A stretch of DNA of 64,000 nt from Octopus sinensis (taxonomy: Eukaryota): contig NC_043005.1 of assembly GCF_006345805.1 (NCBI RefSeq), forward strand, positions 95,852,001 to 95,916,000, read 5' to 3'. Below the pieces are notes generated by a model. That model was not told the DNA's origin, searched no databases, and was given only the letters and a program-made list of their open reading frames with translations. The position numbers were made by a program, and so were the translations under genes. Positions 53,950 through 64,000 of the stretch are shown in pieces (the stretch's first letter is position 1; the number at the start of each line of letters is the position of its first letter).

Positions 53950-55558
53950 CATGTCCCGGATATGACTTTAAACTACATCCGGTATTGGGGCCCTGGCTCA
54001 GTAGTGCCAAGCTTGTGGGGTGTGGAACCATTTCTTAGCCTCTATTATTCCCAAGTCTACTTTGACTCGGAGTAATAGAAATCGTCAGAGTCCTAGCTGT
54101 GGTTTAACTAGAACATTGACATCCGGGAGTGAAGGCTCCCTAGTTCTCGTTAGAACTTACTTCTTGGAGAAGGTAAATTCGTATAAATATCGTGAAGAGC
54201 AGTTAGTTTCTGGTCGTCTCAGTCTCTATTCTGCCACTGGTTTTTATAGATGTTTGTACTGAAATATGGGTTCTGTGCCGTGCAACACTTTATCCACTCA
54301 AAACAAATTCACGTAAAAGGAATTTCTGGGATTCGTGATCATAAGAAGTGGTTTTACGCGTCTTATTTTAAAACATATTTTAAAGTCCCGCTATTAACGT
54401 GTAACGATTGTATTCAGTAAATAAATAACAAGTAAAATAATAGTTGACGTGGACTTAATTCTAACGTTACAATATAGGAAGAAACTTCTTCGAGTTGTTA
54501 TTGTATAAAGATCAGTTGTGTGTAGACATTCTTTTGTTCGTTGTATTCATCTTTTTTTTATCATGGGTTCTGAGAGAAAGAGAGAGAAAGGTAAGAGAAT
54601 TTACCTCTCTGTGTTGACAAGTCGAGAGAGGGTGAAAGTTGAGTTATCCTGCAATGACAAGTCATAGGTGCAGTATTTCTTTTGGGCAAATTTCGAGGTA
54701 GGACCAAATTTAGATTCTGTATTTATATTTTTCCCTAATTAAATTAGGTCAGGTTAAACAAGGTTTTTTTTTTTAATCTGTTAACTGCCTTGAACTAAGT
54801 CACACGAAATAGTAGTTGACTCTCATAAGTTTGTAAGTATGTCGAGAACAATAGGAGGGAGGTCATAGAGAAATCTGGACTGGGTTTCGAATCCTGACAA
54901 AGAATCAAGGAAGTGATTCGCTATAAACTAATATGACGAAGGTTATCAAATAATCTATCTTCCTGAAATGAGGTCTAATTGAAACGCAAGATCGAAGTAT
55001 TGATCAACGATCATCGACTTAAAAAAATAATATCCATGCATTTTAATAACAGATTTTTAACTCCCTCCAATAACGTAATATGCCATGGTTTTTAAAATAA
55101 TCCACCTTATTCAAAAGAGGCTTTGTTGAAACGCAAGGTCAAAGTATTGATGATCGATAATCAATCATTCGTTCATGCATCAAATGTTGTATCTTAAAAA
55201 ATAATATCAGTGCATTTGAATCCCAGAAACAAAGTGAAACGCCAAAACCGCATAGTTACGCATTTCGTCCTTAAATAGGTTCTTTCTTTCTTTTTTCTAC
55301 AGATTCTTTTGGTTTTCTATAGATTTCTTTAGTCAAGTTCTCGTTCGAACTTCCTTCTATGAGTAGGTAAACTCGTATAAAAAACCCTGAAGTGCAGTTA
55401 GTTTCTGACAGTCTCAAGCTCTATTGCCCCACTGGTTTTATAGATGTTTGCCCTGAAATATGAGTTCTGTGCTTAGAAATAATTTCATGCAGATAAGCTT
55501 TTGGGACATCTGATTATACGAAGCTGTCTTACTCGATCACGAGTCGGCTTTCACCATA

Positions 55559-55624
<66 letters not shown>

Positions 55625-55629
<5 letters not shown>

Positions 55630-56420
55630 TATAAATAAATAAAAGGCAGTTTGTCTGTGTGTCTGTCAGGTTGTACCCTCACCCTGACCACGCCTTTCAA
55701 CCGATTCTGATGAAACTTGACACACACATAGCCCGATGTCATAATTCAAAACTAACGCTGCGAAAATTTTGAAAAGTTCCCCCAGTTCTGAAAAAAATCG
55801 ATAAATTCGACATGGGGTCGAGAATCTAGGCTTATCATTCCGTTGTAGTTTTCGCAACTTGCAATCGATTTTCACCAAACTCATGGTGAAGCTTAATGTT
55901 ACCCTAAGGAACTTAATTCTGACGTTAGTTTTCCATGCAATACCTTACCATCAGAAAAAATTTTGAGAAATCGCGTTCGAATTCAAGATGACATATTTTC
56001 GACAATATCTTTAACAAATTGGCAGGAATTTTTTTTGAAATTCACAGCGAGCATCATGTCTGCTCCAAGGAGCTATATGGCCCTTTTGATTCCGCCAGGA
56101 CACGATCTGTCGAAACCCCACAGCAGAGGAGAACTCGCCAAGCTGCTGACGCCGCAAACACAGCCATGGCCCGATCTGCCGAAACACCGCAACAGAGGAG
56201 AGCACACCAAGCTGCTGACGCCGCAAACACAGCCATGGCCCGATCTGCCGAAACACCGCAACAGAGGAGAGCACACCAAGCTGCTGACGCCGCAAACACA
56301 GCCATGGCCCGATCTGCCGAAACACCGCAACAGAGGAGAGCACACCAAGCTGCTGACGCCGCAAACACAGCCATGGCCCGATCTGCCGAAACACTGCAAC
56401 AGAGGAAAGCTCGCCAAGCT
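55625..56420 (+). mobile_element. Helitron 5' fragment with 23-aa STPR-like repeats
   Basis: First 200 bp match the 59666 Helitron 5' end; 69-bp tandem encodes ETPQQRRAHQAADAANTAMARSA. Confidence 0.75.
56101..56420 (+). repeat. 69-bp tandem repeat, about 4.6 copies
   Basis: cagccatggc recurs at 56161, 56230, 56299 and 56368. Confidence 0.97.
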
Positions 56421-56489
56421 TTTGGGACATCTGATTATACAAAGCTGGCATCACAAACAGCTTCATTTTTGTGAGTTTCAGTGTTCACT

Positions 56490-56877
56490 GTTCTGTCATT
56501 CATTGTTCGACTGTGGTCGAGACAATGGAATTTACTATGTTACACCAGACTTCACGGTCCATCATAGCATTACGGAGGTTCTGTTGCTGGATGCCTGTAT
56601 CCCTGGAGATTACATCAGGGTAGGAGAGTGTGCGCCCTCTGGTATCGTGAGCAGATGGCTTCCAGAGGAGAAGAGTAGAGATTACCTCGTTTTCAGCTCT
56701 ACAACAATGTCCAGCAAACTGGACTCTCCTACCTTTCACAAGAGATGGTAATTTCCCATATATTTGTACTTTGGTTGGATGACACTTCCACGGGATATTT
56801 TGAGCTTTCATAAGGAGGCAAGTGTAAGTTCCATCCAACCGCCTCTCAAGCTTCTTTGATAACGTCCAGGTTTCTTT
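56490..56877 (-). mobile_element. RTE-clade LINE C-terminal fragment
   Basis: ETWTL..RLDGTYT.LL, RRVQFAGHCCR, LLLWKP, MMDREVW. Confidence 0.8.
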
Positions 56878-57110
56878 ACATGCCATGGAAAACAAAATGT
56901 TAAATGATGATGATACCACGTAGAACTGTTATAAAGCTCAATCACAATATATGACTCTGTAAACATTTCTTTTTTTTAACAATGATAATAACAACAACAA
57001 AAATAACAGAAGTTCAACAACAACAAAATTCCCATTTATTAAATTTTTCACCACAGTTCACCGTGTATGTATGTGTATGTATATGTATGTAATGTATGTA
57101 TGTATGTATG

Positions 57111-57149
<39 letters not shown>

Positions 57150-57960
57150 GTAGAAACTTATTCAGAAAATGTTAGTAAAATTCATATATTACTCTACATA
57201 ATCTCAATGAATAGATTCAGCAAAAAGTAGCAATGTACTCACTCTCCTTCACACACACAAAATTTCAGGCTCTTAACTCATTACTTTTGTTATTTACTAT
57301 ATATATGTATATATATATATATATATATACATACACACACACACGCGTACAAACATACACATGTATTTTTTTCTATTTTAGTGGAACAGATTCACAAAAT
57401 GAGTGGAAAAGAACTCAATCCATGTTGTAGAGTATAATTACTTATTTATACAAAGACAAAACTTGATGCTCCTTCAGTCAGAGTTTCTAGGAAGGTAAAA
57501 ATACAAATTAGTGTCATCTTTGTCTGAAGGAAACTAAGGAGCAAATCACCAGCTTTGTATATACACAAACACACCACACACACACACAAATATATTTGTA
57601 CAGTACAATTTAAACCTTAAATTGTATGATAAATAACCAGTATTTAGAACTTCATGTGTATTCCCAATTGTTAAACTGTAATTGCAATTCTTTGCTTTGA
57701 AATTCAGGTTTCAGTGCTACACAGAGCATATGCAGGAGACGAAACAGAACATGATAAATGAACAAACAAACAAACAAACATACATACATATATATATATA
57801 TATTATATATATATATATATATATACACATATATGTATTTGTAAAACTAAATAGCTTATAAACCTCTTTGTGTATTTGTGTGTGTATATATATATATACA
57901 CATATACACATATATATATTGTATGTATATACAGGGTATATACATACGATATATGTGTAT

Positions 57961-58000
<40 letters not shown>

Positions 58001-59330
58001 TATATGTATATACAGGATATCCCAATAGTCACTATACACTTTCTTTTTTCTATTTCATTTCAGGTATCATTTGGAGAGATGTGAGGCCATCAGCATTTGA
58101 CACCTTAGGTTTTGCAGTGTTTGTATCATTCCATTGTGGAAAATTAGCAGGAGGTATTTTATTTGGAAATTTTTAAGCACAAGTATAATTCTATCAGAGA
58201 AAGAGAGATGAAAGAAAAATACTAATGTTAGTAAGATTAGAGGGCAATAATGATGGAAAAATAAAATAGAGGAGTAAAACATGTAAAACTCTCTCTCTGA
58301 TATGCTATACTGTCTCTCAATATTTATAAGAATTACTTTTGGCAAGGCACAATGCCAGTTAATCAAGGGAGCAAAGTCAAACATATTTCAAGAGGAGCGT
58401 CTGTCTATGTGAAATGAAATAGCATCAATCTACGACTGAATCATGTCCATCTTATGTCTTCCTAAACACCTGAAACTATGGTAACAAAATAAATGAATGA
58501 ACGAAAGAGCCTCAACATTATTGTGGCCTGCTTCAAACACAACCATCCATCAGAAGAAAGAAGGACACAGTGGATATGGTGGTCTTTGAAAAGCTGAACG
58601 CAGGAGCTGTGTCCAAATGCCTTTGGTCATAAGCTGAATATAGATGCCGATCTTGAGTTGAAAACAACAATAACAATGAGAATGATAATTCCTGAAATAT
58701 ATTGACAAAGAATTAAATACAGATACATATATAAATACACACACACACATATATATATATAACTACACACATATATAACACAGCTGTGGACGTGTTGTGA
58801 GAACTTTGCTTCTTAACCATATGGTTTTGGGCTTAGTCCCACTTTGTGACACTCTGGACAAATGATTTCTACTACAGCCTGGAGGTGATCAAAGCCGTGT
58901 GACTGAATTTGATAGACGGAAACTGAAAGAAGCCTGTTATGTGCATGCATGTGTAAGTATGTTTATGTTCTTGTCTCTTGACACCGTAACTGTTGCATTC
59001 ACTTCCAATATTCTGCGAAAACATGCCTGGCCATGGAGAAATATTACTTTACTTAGAAACATACAGGGATTACAAAATCTTCCTCAGAAAATGTCCACTG
59101 ATCCATGCAAGCATGGAAAAGTGGATACTGATATCATGATGATGACGATGATGGTGATGTGTTATTTATAAATAATAACATGATCCTTTTCTTCTTTTTC
59201 AAATAAGCAAACTGTTTGTTCTCATGTCTCCAAAGGTGCAAAGCTATACATATAATAAATACACATACACATACAAACATATACACAAACACACACTTAT
59301 ACATATAAATACAGGCATATATGTTTATGC

Positions 59331-59363
<33 letters not shown>

Positions 59364-59365
<2 letters not shown>

Positions 59366-59665
59366 GAGGTGCAATGGCCCAGTGGTTAGGGCAGCGGAGT
59401 CGCGGTTGTAGGATCACGGTTTCGATTCCCAGACCGGGCGTTGTGAGTGTTTATTGAGCGAAAATACCTGAAGCCCCACGAGGCTCCGGCAGGGGGTGGT
59501 GGCGATCCCTGCTGTACTCTTTCGCCACAACTTTCTCTCACTCTTTCTTCTGTTGGCCTGCTCACTTAGCCATCGGGGTGGCGTCATTTGAAGGCTAAAA
59601 CATTGCGTAGCGCATTGTGACCAGCGATGTGTAGCAACATTTGATAGCTTGGTCAGTCACGGTGA
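59364..59665 (+). mobile_element. tRNA-derived SINE family C (inverted copy at about 13325-13660)
   Basis: tRNA-like head ggcccagtggttagggcagcgg...ggtttcgattccc; full-length match to the 13.3-kb copy. Confidence 0.85.
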
Positions 59666-60467
59666 TATATATATATAAACGGCAGTTTGTCTGTGTGCGT
59701 GTCTGTGTGTCTGTTAGGTTGTACCCTCACCCTGACCACAGCTCTCAACCGATTCTGATGAAACTTGACACACACATAGCCCAATGTCATAATTCAAAAC
59801 TAACGCAGCGAAAATTTTGAAAAGTTCCCCCAGTTCTGAAAAAAATCGATAAATTTGACATGGGGTCGAGAATCAGAAACACAAACCACAGACTGTCTAG
59901 GGAGCGCAACTCGACCTTTTTAACTCTCAACTTGGCGAAGGCAAAATACCAGGGGATGAAAATGGTAATATTGCCATCGATTCCATTTGTACCATTGTTA
60001 AAACGCCTTCTGATCTCAGAGATGCAGTGTTCCCAGATCTACAAGCTAATTATCAGAATATGGATTGGATTGGCCAAAGGGCTATTCTGGCCCCGAGGAA
60101 TAAAACTGTTCACCATATTAATGATGAAATGCTAAAAATCATTCCTGGGGATGTCTATGTATATAAGTCTATCGATACAACTCCTGACCCAGAGGACGTC
60201 ATCAACTATCCAATAGAGGTACTCAATTCCTTTGAGCCCCCCTGACTACCACCACACATTCTCAAACTTAAAGTTGGTGCCCCTATAATGCTCATTAGAA
60301 ATTTGGTTCCCCCAAAACAATGCAATGGCACACGTTTGATCGTTAAGTCCTTATCTCCCACCGTAAACTTATATCAATATTTACCTGAATAATCATCATA
60401 ATTCAGTGCAATCATTAACAGTACTTTCAAGCAATTCAGCCCCGAGCATCGCCGGGCATTCTGCTAG
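59666..60467 (+). mobile_element. Internally deleted Helitron with Pif1-like helicase fragment
   Basis: [41 protein letters not shown]...CNGTRL; hairpin CCCGAGC-ATC-GCCGGG and CTAG|T at 60464-60468. Confidence 0.92.
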
Positions 60468-60511
<44 letters not shown>

Positions 60512-60521
60512 TGTATATAAA

Positions 60522-60565
<44 letters not shown>

Positions 60566-60580
60566 TATATATATATGTAG

Positions 60581-60720
60581 AATACCAAATGAGTTCCCTA
60601 TGGACAGTGTATTTATTACGAGTGGCTTGTAACATATCTAACGAGCAAAAGCGAGTTAGATACGTTTACAAGCCACGAGTTGTAATAAATACGGTATCCA
60701 TAGGGAATGAGTTTGGTATT
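60581..60720. repeat. Imperfect 140-bp palindrome (MITE-like)
   Basis: Arms 60581-60642 and 60655-60720 are reverse complements around the loop gagcaaaagcga. Confidence 0.85.
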
Positions 60721-60988
60721 TTATTTATTACACATGAATAAACGACCATATTTTATTAACCCAATAACTAAATTCTTCACGTTTAGTAGTAACTTATGAA
60801 TGACAAAAGTAGTGCCGTCACCATGACCTCAGGTCATCACCATGGATTGACCAATCAGAAGCAGCACTGTCACCGTGACCTCGGGTCATCACCATGGATT
60901 GACCAATCAGAAGCAGCGCTTGCAGTATCTGACATATGTTAGATACCAAAAATATCTCAAAGTGTTCTCACTCACATGTGTGTAATAA

Positions 60989-61036
<48 letters not shown>

Positions 61037-61123
61037 GTATTACAAAATATAAAGTTATATCTTGAGTGACAACAACACTCAAGATATACAACGGACTGGA
61101 AATAGAAGTGCTCCAATGAGCTC

Positions 61124-61847
61124 TATACACTTTTTTATCCGAGGGGAGGCAATGTGAGCAACAACCACAGGAACATCACAAAATCCACAGATAGACCAAA
61201 CACATACACATCTTCATATACTCATTTATATCTATAAAGCCCGACATTTAAAAATTTTTTAATTTAGTAATATATTAATATATCATATAAAAATATAAAT
61301 TTTGCATATAACACCTTGAATTTACGCCTAAAACATTCAGTATAAATTTGTTACAATAAGAGAAATAAATATAATAATAATAAATAAAAATATGGCATAT
61401 TAAAAGACGAAATAAAATTCTAGCGAAATGTACATAGAAGATAATAATTATACAAGTTTACAAAAATATAAGTTTACAAAGATACACAGAAGTCCATCTA
61501 CGGGTCGTTTCGGAGATGTGCCAATTAATATTAGACATATCATATACTTAAAATTGGCACTCCCCTCATCAGGATGTCCTATACATACAACACAGTAAAC
61601 GTGAACAAATACACAATCACATACTTTATACTGAATGTCTTAAGCGTAAATTCAAGGTGTTATATGCAAAATTTATATTTTTATATGATATATTAATATA
61701 TTACTAAATTTTAAAATTTTTAAATGTCAGGCGTTATAGATATAAATGAGTATATGAAGATGTGTATGTGTTTGGTCTATCTGTGGATTTTGTGATGTTC
61801 CTGTGGTTGTTGCTCACATTGCCTCCCCTCGGATAAAAAAAGTATAT
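61124..61847. repeat. Fold-back element 1: about 222-bp inverted arms (61124-61346 / 61625-61847) around a spacer containing a hammerhead
   Basis: Arms are near-identical reverse complements, e.g. ccgaggggaggcaatgtgagcaacaacc / ggttgttgctcacattgcctcccctcgg. Confidence 0.9.
61495..61576 (-). ncRNA. Minimal type I hammerhead ribozyme, intact core
   Basis: Minus strand reads CATC-CUGAUGA-GGGGAGUGCCAAUU...AAUUGGCACAUCUCC-GAAA-C-GACCC-GUA-GAUG. Helix I is 4 bp, helix II about 14 bp, helix III 2 bp; GUA cleavage triplet. Confidence 0.85.
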
Positions 61848-61891
61848 ATATGTGTGTGTTATATATATATATGTGTGTGTATGTATATGTA

Positions 61892-61934
<43 letters not shown>

Positions 61935-61967
61935 ATATATATGTATATATATGTGTTGTGTATATAT

Positions 61968-62009
<42 letters not shown>

Positions 62010-62167
62010 AAAATAAAGGAACAGATTCATTTCAATCATCGACTTACAGATATTACCAATTCATATTATTTATTAACTACATAAATAGGAACATCCAAAT
62101 CCAACAAAATAAAACAATATACATCAATAAGTAAAATAATACCATAAAAATAATACACATAAAATGG

Positions 62168-62295
62168 ATCTTACAGCTGTTTCAGCCTGTAGATAACGGT
62201 ATCTCATTCTGCCTATATTAGTCCGATGTATTGAGGTAATATGCAGTTAAAATTGAATTACTTATATATATATACCTCAAGGCCTCGTCAGAGAT
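62168..62295 (-). ncRNA. Minimal type I hammerhead ribozyme with expanded helix II loop (left arm of inverted repeat)
   Basis: AUCU-CUGACGA-GGCCU...(about 90 nt)...AGGCU-GAAA-C-AGCU-GUA-AGAU on the minus strand. Confidence 0.7.
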
Positions 62296-62680
62296 TATAA
62301 AGTACAATTATAAAAATATAAAATGCAAATATAAATATGAAACAAAATACACATACACAAGAATATATATATATATGCACCTTGCATCTTTCATAGACAT
62401 CTGTCTATATATTATGTTATACTATATTATATATGTGATATATAATATATTATATTATACTATATTATACTATATTTTATGTGGTATTTTCCATCTACTA
62501 TGTATTGTGAATAGCAGAATGCACACAATCTAATATTGGTATTATTAATAATAATAATAATATTAATAGTTTTGGTAATGTAATGAACTTTGTACTTTGT
62601 ATATGTACCCATTGATGTGGATGTATATGTATACTCCAGTATATATATTTGATTATCTGTAACCTTATGTGTATGTATAT

Positions 62681-62735
<55 letters not shown>

Positions 62736-62852
62736 TAATAAAGTACAATTATAAAAATATAAAATGCAAATATATATATATATATTATTCTTGTGTATGT
62801 GTATTTTGTTTCATATTTATATTGCATTTTATATTTTTATAATTGTACTTTA

Positions 62853-62980
62853 ATCTCTGACGAGGCCTTGAGATATATATATATAAGTAACTCAATTTTA
62901 ACTGCATATTACCTCAATACATCTGACTAATATAGGCAGAATGAGATACCTTTATCTGCAGGCTGAAACAGCTGTAAGAT
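62853..62980 (+). ncRNA. Minimal type I hammerhead ribozyme with expanded helix II loop (right arm of inverted repeat)
   Basis: atct 62853-56, CTGACGA 62857-63, ggcct...aggct, GAAA 62965-68, C-AGCT-GTA 62969-76, agat 62977-80. Confidence 0.7.
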
Positions 62981-63324
62981 CCATTTTATATGTATTATTT
63001 TTATGGTATTATCTTACTTATTGATGTATATTGTTTTATTTTGTTGGATTTGGATGTTCCTATTTATGTAGTTAATAAATAATATGAATTGGTAATATCT
63101 GAAAGTCGATGATTGAAATGAATCTGTTCCTTCATTTTCTTATTTGTATTATGAATTTGAGGTAAAATATTTTACCTTCCCCCATTTAATACAATAAATG
63201 AATTAATTGCATTGCAATTATAAGCATTTATGTATTTGCCTTTTGGTTGCTTCACCATCAGTATATTGGGTAACTGATATCCCATAGTGGGTTACACTCA
63301 TAACCCCTATCTCACTTTGTGCTA

Positions 63325-63380
63325 TAATATATATATATATATATAATATATATATATATATAATATATATATATATATAC

Positions 63381-63450
<70 letters not shown>

Positions 63451-63455
63451 CGTAC

Positions 63456-63508
<53 letters not shown>

Positions 63509-63537
63509 GTACATATATATATATATATATATATTAT

Positions 63538-63570
<33 letters not shown>

Positions 63571-63571
63571 C

Positions 63572-63655
<84 letters not shown>

Positions 63656-63673
63656 CATATATATATATATACG

Positions 63674-63752
<79 letters not shown>

Positions 63753-63790
63753 ATATATATGTGTGTGTGTGTGTATATATATATATATTT
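63325..63790. repeat. (TA)n tract with periodic cgtac interruptions
   Basis: Directly visible. Confidence 0.95.
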
Positions 63791-64000
63791 GTAAAAAATG
63801 AAGTTCGAAAATATATATATATATAGATAGATATATTATATATATATATAGATAGATATATATACACCTATGTTCATATATAGTGTATATGTGTATATAT
63901 CTCTCTATATACCTATATATATATCTATGTGTGTGTGTGTGTGAAATATTTCATTGCTACCTTCATAAAGAAAATGCATTTTAGCAACATGGTCATCCCC

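Larger units (their letters stand above)
62005..63143. mobile_element. Fold-back element 2: about 372-bp inverted arms (62005-62376 / 62771-63143), each carrying a hammerhead; probable Penelope-like pLTR derivative
   Basis: Arms align as reverse complements. Minimal type I hammerheads and inverted terminal arrangements are established features of Penelope-like elements, but no RT/GIY-YIG ORF is seen. Confidence 0.65.

Noticed and set aside
55704-55712. CTGATGA motifs at about 55705, 59755, 11345, 21415, 39675 and 53682 as hammerheads
   Set aside because: No helix II followed by GAAA and an NUH site could be built; most lie in Helitron, LINE or transposase sequence.
55963-56751. 262-aa ORF as a host gene
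   Set aside because: It is an off-frame read-through of the 69-bp Helitron repeat plus the antisense of an RTE fragment.
58064-58153. Possible plus-strand exon with good acceptor and donor
   Set aside because: No partner exon or protein similarity is visible in the window, so it cannot be supported without RNA data.
59364-59435. tRNA-like heads (also 5587 and 4234) as tRNA genes
   Set aside because: They lack a complete cloverleaf and continue into shared SINE bodies.

Overview
This is AT-rich, microsatellite- and transposon-dense animal genomic DNA. The repeat make-up suggests an octopod cephalopod (Octopus-like); this is inferred, not database-confirmed. About 6.3-32.4 kb (+) holds the 3' coding exons of a SMAP1/2-type ArfGAP gene. 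I reconstructed eight exons with consistent phases, ending in the family C-terminus GQTLSTNLWQ*; the ArfGAP domain lies upstream of the window. An intact single-exon tetraspanin ORF sits at 41973-42758 (-). The rest is transposon debris: tRNA-derived SINEs, RTE and CR1-like LINE ends, Helitron derivatives, a Merlin transposase, a rearranged Chapaev3-like transposase, two Ty3/Gypsy remnants and a solo LTR. The most striking unannotated signal is a set of minimal type I hammerhead ribozymes. Three lie in two adjacent large fold-back structures at 61.1-63.1 kb, and a fourth, core-mutated one lies antisense in a SMAP intron. All alignments and structures were read by eye, and repeat boundaries are approximate unless termini are cited.
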